Source of the DNA: Myxococcota bacterium
GTDB taxonomy: Bacteria > Myxococcota_A > Polyangia > Nannocystales > Nannocystaceae
Direction: 5' to 3'
Assembly: GCA_039028615.1 (NCBI GenBank)
Contig: JBCCHT010000010.1
Coordinates: 1-64,000, forward strand
Length of the DNA: 64,000 nt
Both the position numbers and the translations under genes were made by a program. Every line of letters begins with the position of its first letter. Positions within the stretch are counted from its first letter, which is position 1. Under the pieces are notes generated by a model. The model searched no databases. It worked only from the letters and a program-made list of their open reading frames with translations, and was not told where the DNA came from. This document shows positions 26,433 through 36,800 of this stretch, piece by piece.

Positions 26433-28028
26433 ATGCGCTCTCCTTCGATCCTCATCGCCGTGCTTCTTGCGTTGCCCGCCACTGCGGCGGCGGAGGGCGA
26501 GGGCTATCACCCCTTCGCCCCGCCCCAAAATGGAGTGCGGACGGTCGACCTGAGCGCGCAGGCTCGGGCCGCGGCCGCGGGTGAGTACCGAACGCAGCCC
26601 TACGCGGAGACGGTCGACTTCGATGAACTCGACGACGTCGCCGCCGAGGCGCTGGCCAACGGTGCGTCCACGGCACCTCCGCCCGGCGGCCTACGCCCGC
26701 AAGGCTCGGTGGTCGTGCCCGAGCCCATCGCTCAGGGGCAGCTGGCCGATCCGGCGGTGATGCACGCGGTCGAGGACATCCCCGGCAACGAGTACCCGCG
26801 CAAGCACACCCTGTACATGAACTACACGGGGGGCATGCTCTACAACGGCTCGGACAACTCGGCCGAGAGCCGCAGCAGCCTGGCCACCCACGGTGAGTAC
26901 CCCGTGTACACGGGCGGCGAGGCCAAGGCCGTCGCGGCGGCGCAGGAGATGGCGAGCGACGTCTCTTCGCTGGGCATCAACGTCGTCTACCTCGACCGCC
27001 CGCCGCAGATCCTGCCCTACACGATGGTGATGATCGGCGGCTCGTGGACGGACACGAACCTCGAAGACTCGGCGGCCGGCGTGGCTCCGGGCACCGACTG
27101 TGGTGCGCTCGGTCAGCGGCATGTCGTCTACACCTTCGCCAACGCGGGGTGGTCGGCGACGGCGGTGGCCAACGTGACCGCGCAGGAGGCCGGCCACGCC
27201 TGGGGCCTGGACCACAGCCTCAACTGCAACTCCGTCATGTCGTACTGCGGCTCGGGCAACGGCATCTTCTCGCCGACCTGCGACGGCCTGTGCGAGTCAC
27301 AGTGCCAGGGCGACGCGGGCTGCCGGCTCTTCCACGAAGACTTCTGCGGCGTCGGCCAAGACCGGCAGAACGAGATGGAGGAGCTCGCGTTCCTCTTTGG
27401 CGGCAACGAGCCCGACCTCGAGGATCCCTATGTGGAGATCGTGTCGCCCGAAGACGGCATCGTCCTGCCCGAGGGCAGCGATGTCGACCTGCGGGCGGTG
27501 GTCGACGATAACTACGGCGGCTACGGCTGGCGCTTCGTCATCGAGCAGGACGGCGAGGTCGTCTTCGATCAGATCGACTACGACCGCGAGGTCGACAGCG
27601 AGTACCGAGCCGCGCTCAACCTGGTGAACCTCGACCCCGGCACCTACGCGATCACCATGGAGATCGCCGACCACTTCGATCACTACAGCACCGACATGGT
27701 GAGCTTCGTGGTCGAGGGGGCGGCGGGAGCCGACGATGGCGGCGAGGACGGAGGCGTCGACGAGTCGGGTGACGGCGGCGAGGATTCGGCGGGCGGCACC
27801 GTCGGAGACGGGGGTCTGGACGACGACGGTGGCGACGGAGCCTCGGAGAGCGACGGTGGCGATCTACCCTCGGGGGGTGGATCCGGGGGCGGCGCGATCG
27901 ACGGAGGCGACGGCTGCAGCTGTCGGGCGGACGGCGGTTTTGGCTCTTCTGGGGCTCCCTGGGGCCTGCTAGGGCTTCTCGCGCTGTTTCGGCTGCGCTC
28001 GCGCGAACGTCGCGGTTCGCGGGCCTGA
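26433..28028 (+). CDS. Metzincin-like (QExxHxxGxxH) surface protein with Ig-like domain and MYXO-CTERM-like anchor, paralog 2
   Basis: Same motifs as paralog 1 (PGNEYPRKHTLY, DCGALGQRHVVY, QEAGHAWGLDH). GCSC...LLALFRLRSR tail. Confidence 0.85.
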   Translation: MRSPSILIAVLLALPATAAAEGEGYHPFAPPQNGVRTVDLSAQARAAAAGEYRTQPYAETVDFDELDDVAAEALANGASTAPPPGGLRPQGSVVVPEPIAQGQLADPAVMHAVEDIPGNEYPRKHTLYMNYTGGMLYNGSDNSAESRSSLATHGEYPVYTGGEAKAVAAAQEMASDVSSLGINVVYLDRPPQILPYTMVMIGGSWTDTNLEDSAAGVAPGTDCGALGQRHVVYTFANAGWSATAVANVTAQEAGHAWGLDHSLNCNSVMSYCGSGNGIFSPTCDGLCESQCQGDAGCRLFHEDFCGVGQDRQNEMEELAFLFGGNEPDLEDPYVEIVSPEDGIVLPEGSDVDLRAVVDDNYGGYGWRFVIEQDGEVVFDQIDYDREVDSEYRAALNLVNLDPGTYAITMEIADHFDHYSTDMVSFVVEGAAGADDGGEDGGVDESGDGGEDSAGGTVGDGGLDDDGGDGASESDGGDLPSGGGSGGGAIDGGDGCSCRADGGFGSSGAPWGLLGLLALFRLRSRERRGSRA

Positions 28029-28208
28029 GCGCTAGCGCGGGGACGCGCACGCCACGGTCTGCACGTGAGGCTTGACCGCGCGCCGCGGATCCATATGCTT
28101 CGTCCTCCCTTCGCCGCTCGGGCCCAGGGATGGACGACTCTTCACTCGTCCGGTCGAAGTTTCCGACCGACACTGACCGAGCGCATCGATTTTCGGAGAG
28201 ACACTCCC

Positions 28209-28532
28209 ATGGCCAGCTTCAATCAAGCCATCGTCAGGACCGGCGGCAAGCAATACCGAGTCGAGCCCGGCGGTGTGCTTCGTGTAGAGAAGCTCGACGG
28301 CGACGTTGGTGGCAAGGTCGAGTTCGGTGAAGTGCTGCTTCTGGGCAGCGGCACCGAGGCTCAGATCGGCAAGCCCCTCGTCGAGGGTGCCAAGGTCACC
28401 GGCACCATCACGGCCCAAGGCCGTGGTCCCAAGCTCATCGTCTACAAGTTTCGTCGTCGCAAGAACTACCGGCGTAAGCAGGGCCATCGCCAGGCGTACA
28501 CCGAGATCAAGATCGACGAGATCACCAACTGA
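28209..28532 (+). CDS. rplU: 50S ribosomal protein L21
   Basis: [28 protein letters not shown]. Confidence 0.97.
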   Translation: MASFNQAIVRTGGKQYRVEPGGVLRVEKLDGDVGGKVEFGEVLLLGSGTEAQIGKPLVEGAKVTGTITAQGRGPKLIVYKFRRRKNYRRKQGHRQAYTEIKIDEITN

Positions 28533-28562
28533 GCTCCGACACTTTCCGGTTGCGAGGACGAC

Positions 28563-28838
28563 ATGGCACATAAAAAAGGACAGGGCTCGATCAAGAACGG
28601 CCGCGACTCCAAGGCGCAGTTCCGCGGCGTCAAGAAGTTCGGCGGCGAGCAAGTTCGGGCGGGCAACATCCTCATCCGTCAGGTGGGCAACCGCTTCAAG
28701 GCGGGTCCCGGGGTCGGCCAGGGCAAAGACTTCACCCTGTACGCCCTTCAAGACGGCAACGTGCGCTTCTACAAGCGCGGCCGCGACCGACGGTCCTACG
28801 TGGCCGTCGACGCGATCGAGGCCGAAGCGGCGCAGTAG
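28563..28838 (+). CDS. rpmA: 50S ribosomal protein L27
   Basis: [23 protein letters not shown]. Confidence 0.97.
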   Translation: MAHKKGQGSIKNGRDSKAQFRGVKKFGGEQVRAGNILIRQVGNRFKAGPGVGQGKDFTLYALQDGNVRFYKRGRDRRSYVAVDAIEAEAAQ

Positions 28839-28881
28839 CGTCGGTTCGCCCCGGTCGCTGCCGTAAAGGAACGGCACCCTC

Positions 28882-30324
28882 ATGCGTTTCATCGATCAAG
28901 TTCGCGTCATCGTGCGAGCTGGTCGTGGCGGTGACGGTGCCGTCGCCTGGCGAAAAGAAAAATACGTCCCCAAGGGTGGCCCCGCCGGAGGCGATGGTGG
29001 CCGCGGAGGCGACGTCATCCTCGAGGCCGACCCTCACTTGAGCACCCTGATGGAGCTTCACTTCCGCAGGCGGGTGAAGGCCGAGCACGGGCAGCCGGGG
29101 GGCACACGCGATCGCAACGGTCGCGGCGGCAAGGACCTGATCGTCAAGGTTCCCGTCGGCACGATGGTCTACATCGAAGGGGCGGTCGACGACGACAAGA
29201 CCGAGCCGGTAGTCGACGACGAAGGCGGCATGGAGACCGTGTACGTGGTCGAGGACGCCGGCGCGCTGGCGCGACTCGAGCAGGCGCGGGCCGAGCAAGG
29301 CGAGACCACGCCGCTGGAAGAAGACGTCGACGAGCCCGAGTCGAGCGAGGCGGCAGCGCAGGCCTCCGACGGCAGCGACGGTGAAGCCGAGGCGAGCCCG
29401 ACCGAGGGCAGCGAGGCCGAAGGCGATGCCGCGCATCCCGAAGAGGAGCCCGCGCTCATCGCCGAAGCCGACGACAGCGACGGTGCAGCGCCCGCCAACG
29501 ATCTGCCCGACGCCGAGCTGTCCTTCGATACCGACGACGAGACCCTGGACGACGAGTCCTTGATGCCCACGATCGACGAGATCGAGGCGGCCGAGGAGTC
29601 TATGGGCGAGCTGGTGGGCGATCTGACCGATCCACACCAGCGCCTGGTGATCGCCAAGGGAGGGCAGGGCGGTCGCGGCAACATCCACTTCCGCAGCGCC
29701 ACCAATCGCGCGCCCGATCGCGCAGAGCCGGGCACGCCGGGCGAGGCGTGGTACCTGCGGCTCGAGCTCAAGCTGCTCGCCGACGTGGGCATCGTGGGCT
29801 ACCCGAACGTGGGCAAGTCGACGTTGATCCGCAAGATCAGCCGGGCGCGCCCCAAGGTCGGGGCCTACCCCTTCACCACGCTGACGCCGAACCTCGGGGT
29901 CGTGCCGCTGTCGGGCAACCGCTCCATGGTCGTCGCCGACGTGCCGGGCCTCATCGAAGGGGCGAGCGACGGCAAGGGCCTCGGCCACCAGTTCCTGCGG
30001 CACCTCGAGCGCACGCGGGTCCTGCTGCACGTGCTGGCGCCCGACTACACGCCGGGCCGCGATCCCCTCGTCGACCTCGAGACGCTCGAGCGGGAGCTGG
30101 AGCGCTACGGCTCACAGTTCGACGGGCGGCCGCGGGTCGTCGCGCTCAACAAGCGCGACCTGCTGCGCGACGAAGAGGGGCGCGCACTCGTCGCTCGCAC
30201 GCGGGAGACCTTGCGCGAGCGCAACATCCCGCTGTTCCTGATCTCGGCGGAGACCGGGGCGGGCATCCCCAAGCTGCTCGAGGCCATCTGGCGCCGCGTC
30301 CAGATGCACCAGGCGTCGTCCTAG
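28882..30324 (+). CDS. obgE: GTPase Obg/CgtA with large acidic insertion
   Basis: GGPAGGDGGRGG, G1 GYPNVGKS, G2 YPFTT, G3 DVPG, G4 NKRD, G5 ISA. Canonical position after rplU-rpmA. Confidence 0.96.
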   Translation: MRFIDQVRVIVRAGRGGDGAVAWRKEKYVPKGGPAGGDGGRGGDVILEADPHLSTLMELHFRRRVKAEHGQPGGTRDRNGRGGKDLIVKVPVGTMVYIEGAVDDDKTEPVVDDEGGMETVYVVEDAGALARLEQARAEQGETTPLEEDVDEPESSEAAAQASDGSDGEAEASPTEGSEAEGDAAHPEEEPALIAEADDSDGAAPANDLPDAELSFDTDDETLDDESLMPTIDEIEAAEESMGELVGDLTDPHQRLVIAKGGQGGRGNIHFRSATNRAPDRAEPGTPGEAWYLRLELKLLADVGIVGYPNVGKSTLIRKISRARPKVGAYPFTTLTPNLGVVPLSGNRSMVVADVPGLIEGASDGKGLGHQFLRHLERTRVLLHVLAPDYTPGRDPLVDLETLERELERYGSQFDGRPRVVALNKRDLLRDEEGRALVARTRETLRERNIPLFLISAETGAGIPKLLEAIWRRVQMHQASS

Positions 30325-30430
30325 AAGCCGCTTCTCCGGTCCTCGCCGATTTGCACCGGGTCGGCCGAGGTCGCGATCTGCGACCGGACGGGCGGACCGA
30401 GGAAACTGGCGACCCCACCCGACGTGATCG

Positions 30431-31462
30431 TTGTCGGTGAGGTTTGCCGCCATGCCCGACGCCCCCACGAGCCGCCCCCTCAACCCTCGCGATCCGACCC
30501 GCCCGTTCCACGCCGCTTCCTGGTGGAGGCTTGGTGGCCTTGGTACCTTTGTGGACGTGTTGGATACGCTTCGTCTAGCTCTGGTCCCCGGTCGCCTACG
30601 TCGATGGGCACACACGGTTCCGGCGCTGTTCGTGCTCTGTTTGGGGCTGAGCCTCGGCCTCATGGCGCAAGCTGCGCCCGCTCCGGTCAAGCCGACTCCG
30701 GTGAAGCCGGCGGGCAGCAAGCCTGCGGCCAAGCCCGCGAAGCCCAAGGGCTCCGAAAAGCTGAACCCCGCGCCCAGCAAGGGCCCGAGCAAGCTGAACC
30801 CCGCGCCCAAGAAGAGCCCGGCCAAGCTCGGTGCGTCGCAAGATCCGTTCTCGGGCGGAACCAAGGGCAACGCGAACGTTCGCGAGAGCGAGCTTTATGG
30901 CGACCGCCTCGACAACCTCCAGGTCGAGGTCGATCAGCTCAAGGACAAGATCTTCCGCAGCAAGGCCCGGCTGACCCTCCTCAAGGAGACGGTGCTGCGC
31001 GGCGTGCTGGCGGGCAGCCGCGTGACGCTGACCCACCAAAACCTGATGGGCTCGGGCTTCCAGCTCGTGCGGGTGGTCTTCATCATGGACGGCGCCCAGA
31101 TCTTCGCGCGCACCGACGAGACCGGCGGCCTCGATGGCGAGGACGAGATCACCGTCTACGACGGCAACCTGCCTCCCGGGCCCCACAACGTCACCGTCGA
31201 GCTGACCTACCAGGGCAACGGCTTCGGGGTCTTCTCGTACCTCAACGGCTACACCTTCGAGTCGCGCAGCTCCCATAGCTTCACCGCGCCGGAAAACGGC
31301 GCCATCAAGCTGGTGAGCCAGGGCTTCGAGCGCGGCAACATGACCACCGAGATGAAGGACCGCCCTTCGGTGAACTGGCAGGAGGTCCCCCTCGACGCCA
31401 GTGGGCGGCCGCTGCCCAAGACCCGTAGCAAGTCGAGCCGAGCCAAGAAGGACGGCAAGTGA
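30431..31462 (+). CDS. Secreted/periplasmic protein with PAK-rich linker and coiled coil; first gene of the Glt-like cluster
   Basis: Hydrophobic segment LFVLCLGLSLGLMAQA, PAK repeats, VDQLKDKIFRSKARLTLLKETVL, beta-rich C-terminus. Start uncertain. Confidence 0.75.
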   Translation: MSVRFAAMPDAPTSRPLNPRDPTRPFHAASWWRLGGLGTFVDVLDTLRLALVPGRLRRWAHTVPALFVLCLGLSLGLMAQAAPAPVKPTPVKPAGSKPAAKPAKPKGSEKLNPAPSKGPSKLNPAPKKSPAKLGASQDPFSGGTKGNANVRESELYGDRLDNLQVEVDQLKDKIFRSKARLTLLKETVLRGVLAGSRVTLTHQNLMGSGFQLVRVVFIMDGAQIFARTDETGGLDGEDEITVYDGNLPPGPHNVTVELTYQGNGFGVFSYLNGYTFESRSSHSFTAPENGAIKLVSQGFERGNMTTEMKDRPSVNWQEVPLDASGRPLPKTRSKSSRAKKDGK

Positions 31463-33897
31463 TCCGAGCCCCGAGCTGTCGTCGCCGTGCACGGAGCATG
31501 GCGACCCTCGTCGCGGCTGCGGTCGCCTTGGGAACGTACGCCAGCGCGGCTCCGGCCGTGGCGGCCCCCTCGGCGCGTGACCAGCAGGATCTCGAGGAGT
31601 ACGCGGCCAAGCTGAGCGAGGCCGAAGACGCGCTCAAGCGGGCTGCGGCCGCGGCCAAGCGCAAGGTGGTGACCAGCGAGGAAGAGCTGGCCAAGCGCCT
31701 GGTGGCCGGTCAGCTCCAGCTGGCCGAGGGCGACTACGAGGGGGCGGCGATCGCCTTCCTCGACCTGCTCGAAAACCACCCCAAGTCGCGGGCCGGACCG
31801 CAGGCGGTGTTCTTCCTCGGTGAGGCCCTCGTTCATCTCCAGATGGAGCGATGGGCCTTCGAGCTGTTCATCCAGAACCTCGGCAACTCGAGCCGCGAGG
31901 CCAAGCGCTTTCATCAGCGCAGCGTGGCCCACCTGCTCGACCTGGCCATCCCCCGTCGCGAGGCGGGCTTTGCCCGGCGACCCGGTCTCAGCGCCACGCC
32001 CGAGGTTCGAGCCCGGTTGCGAGCGGTGGGGGCCAGCACCACCGTCGAGCCCCCCAAGGGCAAGCTCAGCGCCACCGACGTCGATCGACTCGCGCGCTGG
32101 GCCGAGTCGTTCCCGGCCAAGCGCCGCATTCCCGAGCTGAGCTACGCCTACGGCCGCCACCTGTACCTCACGGGTCGGCACGAGGACGCGGTCAAGGTGC
32201 TCGACCAGATGAGCCCCTTCGACATCCCCATCACGCGGGGCGGCGAGGGGGCGGAGTGGCGCGTGCGGGCGGCCTACGTGGCGGCCTCGGCCGTGCTTGC
32301 CCTCGGCGAGGCGGAAATCGCCCTCGAGCGCTTCGGTCGGATCGTCAAGGCCAACCCCTCGCGCCCTCGCGATCGCCAGATCGTGCAGCTGTCGTGGATG
32401 GCCCTCGGACGGATTCACCACGACCTCGGCAACGTGGAAGACGCGGTCGACAACTACCGCCGCATCGGCCGTGACTCGCCCTACTTCCCCGAGGCGATGT
32501 ACGAGACGGCGTGGACCCTGATGGCGGCGCGGCAGTACGAGCAGGCCGTCCAGGCCCTCGACCTGTTGCTGGTCTACGACCCCGACTCGCCGATCGCGGG
32601 CGAGATCAAGCACCTGCGCGGCAAGGTCCGTATTCAGCAGCGCGACTACCAAGGGGCCGAAGAGCAGTTCCTGGCGCTGCGCCGCGAGTTCGATCGGCTC
32701 GCCAAGCGCTTGGGCAGCAAGCTGCAATCCAAGGGCGATGCCACGGCCTACTTCGCGGCCGTCGTCGGCGAGGACATGGAGCACTTCAGCCTGGGCGCGC
32801 TATTGCCTGTGGGCGCGACCACGGTGGCCAAGGGGCTGCCGCGGGCGGTGCATGCCGAGAGCCTGGCCGGCGAGGTCGGGGCGCTCAACCGCGAGCTCGA
32901 CGAGCTGCGGGCGATGCTGGCCCAGATGGAAGAGGCGGTCTCCGTGCCGCACAAGGCCAAGCTCTTCACCGACCTGGGGGCTCACATCGCGGGGATCGAC
33001 GCGGGCGCGTCCGATGTCATCGAGGTCCAAGAGGAGCTCGTGGCCCGGCTCTCGGTGCGGGCCAAGGGCGCCGGCCTGGCGCGGCTCGAGGCCCAGCGCG
33101 AGCGACTGCGGGCCAAGCTCGATCAGCCGCGCGGCGGAGCCAACCCCAAGCGCGACCAGGCGGCGCGGAAGATCGAGCGGCTGGAGCAGCAGGCCCACAA
33201 GCTCGAGATCACGGTGGCTCAGCAGCGGGCGCAGCTGGTCGCCACCGAGCGCTACTACGAAGAGACCCGATCCGAGCAGAAGATCGACCATCAGGCCTTC
33301 CTGACCCAGGCGGCCGAGATGCGCAACGAGATCGCCGAGCTCGAGGCCGAAGCGGCGGCGCTGCGGCGACGCGTGAGTCGGGCCCGGGCCTCGCTGCGCT
33401 TTGCCAACCCCGAGGACGACTCGTGGCGGGCGGCCCTGGGTGCGTACCAAAAGCACCTGGGCAGCATGTACACCGCGCTGGCCAAGGTGGCCCCCGATCC
33501 CGAGATCAACGCGCTGTGGAAGCGAGCGGCGCGGTGGCACGCGGCCTCGGGCAGCGTCCGCCAGGGGCTGGACGCGGTGGCCGAGAGCCGCCTGAAACAA
33601 GCGATGGTGATCCTGGCCGAAGAGCGGGTGAACCTCGACCGCTACCGCACCGAGCTCGCGCGGGTGAAGGGCAACACCAAGAACCTGGTCTCGCAGGTGA
33701 TGTCGGCGACCTACCGCGACGTGGTGGGCGAGCTGCACAACCAAGTCATGCGCAGCGAAGTGGGCCTGCTCGACGTGGCCTGGTCCATGAAGGAAGCCGA
33801 GACCGACGAGGTGCATCGCCTCGAACTCGATCGAGATCGCGATCTGGGCGAGCTCGACGACGCGGTGAGGATGGGGCTGGAGGAGCTGGGACAGTGA
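31459..33897 (+). CDS. Secreted TPR plus coiled-coil protein (GltC-like)
   Basis: Signal peptide, TPR helices, SPYFPEAMYETAW motif, long coiled coil. Stop overlaps next start. Confidence 0.75.
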   Translation: MIRAPSCRRRARSMATLVAAAVALGTYASAAPAVAAPSARDQQDLEEYAAKLSEAEDALKRAAAAAKRKVVTSEEELAKRLVAGQLQLAEGDYEGAAIAFLDLLENHPKSRAGPQAVFFLGEALVHLQMERWAFELFIQNLGNSSREAKRFHQRSVAHLLDLAIPRREAGFARRPGLSATPEVRARLRAVGASTTVEPPKGKLSATDVDRLARWAESFPAKRRIPELSYAYGRHLYLTGRHEDAVKVLDQMSPFDIPITRGGEGAEWRVRAAYVAASAVLALGEAEIALERFGRIVKANPSRPRDRQIVQLSWMALGRIHHDLGNVEDAVDNYRRIGRDSPYFPEAMYETAWTLMAARQYEQAVQALDLLLVYDPDSPIAGEIKHLRGKVRIQQRDYQGAEEQFLALRREFDRLAKRLGSKLQSKGDATAYFAAVVGEDMEHFSLGALLPVGATTVAKGLPRAVHAESLAGEVGALNRELDELRAMLAQMEEAVSVPHKAKLFTDLGAHIAGIDAGASDVIEVQEELVARLSVRAKGAGLARLEAQRERLRAKLDQPRGGANPKRDQAARKIERLEQQAHKLEITVAQQRAQLVATERYYEETRSEQKIDHQAFLTQAAEMRNEIAELEAEAAALRRRVSRARASLRFANPEDDSWRAALGAYQKHLGSMYTALAKVAPDPEINALWKRAARWHAASGSVRQGLDAVAESRLKQAMVILAEERVNLDRYRTELARVKGNTKNLVSQVMSATYRDVVGELHNQVMRSEVGLLDVAWSMKEAETDEVHRLELDRDRDLGELDDAVRMGLEELGQ

Positions 33898-36800
33898 GCG
33901 CGCGTCGATGGAGTTTTGGGCTCGGCCTGCTGGCGATCACCGCGGCGTCCAGCCCGGCGTGGGCGCTGCCCCGCGAAGAGGGCCCCCGTGAGTCTCGGAT
34001 CGAGCCCCGTCCCGGCGAGCCGGGCTCGGGCAAGGGCCTCGAGCAGCAGATCAAGAGCACCGAGGCGGGCAAGCTCAAGGCCCCGCTGCCGCTGCGGCCG
34101 GCCGACGACAAGGAAGCCGACGCGCTCGAGGACCTCGAGAAGTTCGCCGATCGCTACCGCCGTGGCCACGACGCCACCGCCCACACCATCGCGCAGCTGC
34201 TGATCATCGAGTCGAGCAAGGGGCGGCACTCGCTCGAAGAGCAGTACCAGCGGCAGATTCGCGATCACGAGGCCAGCGCCCGCAAGATGCGAGCGCTGGC
34301 GATCCAGCGCTACGAGGACTTCCTCGAGCTGCACCCCAACGATGCCACCTGGACCCCCGAGGTCACGTTCCGCCTGGCGGAGCTGCACTTCGAGACGGCC
34401 ACCGATCGCCTCGCGCGACAGGAAGAGGCCTTCGAGAAGGAGCTCGAGGCGTACGAGGAGGCGATCAAAAAAGACCCCAACGCCCCGCCGCCCGCCAGTC
34501 CCAACCCGGACTACTCGGCCTCGGTGGCGATGTATCGCGACGTCGCGACCCGCTTCCCCCACTACCACCTCGTGGACTCGGCCCTGTACATGATGGGCAC
34601 GCTGCTCTACGACATGGAGGACTTCGACGGGGCCCGGCAGTCGTACCTGGCCCTGGCGTGCTCCAATCGCTACGAGGCACCCTTCGCCGATGGCACCAAC
34701 GCGGTGGATTCCACCAACTTCCGCCGCGGCGACTACGGAGAGTGCAACCCTCTGAACGAGGAGAGCTCGTTCGTGGCCGAGGCGTGGCTGCGGGTGGGCG
34801 AGATCCACTACGACTTCGACCAGCACGATCCGGCGATCGAGGCCTATAGCCAGGTGCTCAAGGATCCCGAAGGCGACCTCTACGACGAGGCGCTGATCCG
34901 CATGGCCTCGACGCTGTACCTCAAGCGCAGCTTCCCCGAGGCGGCCGACAAGTTCGACGAGTTCGTGCGCTACGCCGATGCCCACAAGGGCGAGGCCAAG
35001 GCCGACGGCGCGGTCGGCCTGCGCGGCGATGCCATCAAGTACCTGGCCAAGACCTACGTCGAAGAGGACTGGGACCTCGACGGGCGTCGCGACCGGGTCT
35101 GGGGGTTCGCCCGCCTCGACCGTGACTATCGCGAGCGGGGCAACGAGCGGCACGTCCCCGAGATCTACGCCGCCCTGGGCGACCTGTTCGCCATCCAGAC
35201 CGAGTTTCTCAAGGCCATCGACATCTGGAAGACCACGCTGCGTCGGTGGCCCATGACCCCGGCCGCACCCAAGATCCAGCTGCGGATCCTCAGCGCGTAC
35301 AACCTGCTGCAAGACGAGGCAGGGGCTCGCAGCGCTCGCGATGCGCTGGCCACCAATTACCTGCGCGGCACCAAGTGGTTTTACGCCAACGAGAGTGACC
35401 CGGATGTCGTCGAAGAGGCGCTGGCCCTGGCCGAGGAGGCCCTGGTCCACACCGCCATCGACCACCACACGCAGGCCCAGGCGCTGCGAGCCGAGGGCGA
35501 CAAGGCGGGGGCCAAGGCCGAGTACGAGATCGCGGCCCGGGCCTACGAGGCCTACCTCGAGCGCTTCCCGGACACGCCCACCAGCTACGAAAACCGCTTC
35601 AACTTCGCCGAGTCGCTGTACTACAGCGAACAGTTCGAGAAGGCGGCCGACCAGTACGGGCAGGTCCGCGACTCGAATATCGACAACCGGCTGCAAGAGG
35701 ACGCGGCCAGCGGGGCCGTGCTGGCCTTCGAGGCGTTCGTCGAGCAGGAGACCCAAGCCGGGCGCCTGACCCTGCCCGACATGCCGGGCCAGGACACCGA
35801 GGGTCCCTTCGATGCGGTCGAGATGCCGGAGCTGCTCATGGCCATGCAGGTGGCCTACGACAGCTTCGTCGACGTGCTGCCCGACAGCGAGCAGACCCCG
35901 GCCATGATGGTGCTCGCGGGCGAGCTGTCGCAGCGCTACTACCAGTTCGAGGACGCCGAGCGACGCTTCGTGCGGGTGCTCGACGAGCACTGCGAGGAGA
36001 ACGCGGCCATCCGGGCAGGCACCGCCATCGTCGACGGCTACGTCGCGCGCGAGGAACTCGAGGCCGCGCGCGAGTGGACCGACCAGCTGCTCGAGCGCGG
36101 CTGCGGTGAAGGAGACGAGAAGGAGCAGTTCGCGGGCAAGCTCAAGACCCTGGGCAACGCGGTGCGCTTCCAGGAGGCGAGCCTGCTCTACGAGGCGGGC
36201 GAGTTCGAGGCCGCGGCCGATCGTTTCGTGGCGCTGGTCGACCAGGCCCCCAAAGACGACAACGCCGCCGCCGCGCTCAACAACGCCGCGGTCTGCTACG
36301 AGAACATCGGCCGGTTCTCCTCCGCGAGCCAGACCTACAAGCGCATCTACACCAGCTACCCCGACTCCGACTTCGCCGACGATGCGCTGCTGCGCACGGG
36401 CTTCAACCACTCGCGCTTCTTCGAGTTCGACAAGGCGGTGGGCTCGTACCTGATCCTCGCCGAGGACGACCACTACAAGGACAGCGAGCACCGCGAGGTC
36501 GCGCTGCGCAACGCCGCCGACCTGCTCGATAGCCTGCAGGACTACAAGCGCTCCTCCGACTTCTACAAGCGCTACGCCGAGCAGGCCGCCAACGAGGCCG
36601 ATGCGGGCGAGGCGATGTTCAAGGCGGCCAAGGTCCTGGGCAAGACCGAGGACAAGGCGGCCACGATCACCGCGTACCAGAACTTCTTGGTGCAGTACGG
36701 CGACAAGCCCGACCAGGCCGAGCGAGCGGTCGAGGCCGAGCTGCGCATCGGCCAGGCCTACGCCGCGCAGGGCAACCGCAAGCGGGCCGAGGAGCACTAC

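Noticed and set aside
29176..29601. Intein in ObgE
   Set aside because: No N-terminal Cys/Ser, no His-Asn end, no endonuclease motifs. The insert is low-complexity acidic sequence.
32511..33893. N-terminal 461 aa of the 1613-aa ORF
   Set aside because: Overlaps the GltC-like CDS in another frame. SD and signal peptide support a start at 33894.
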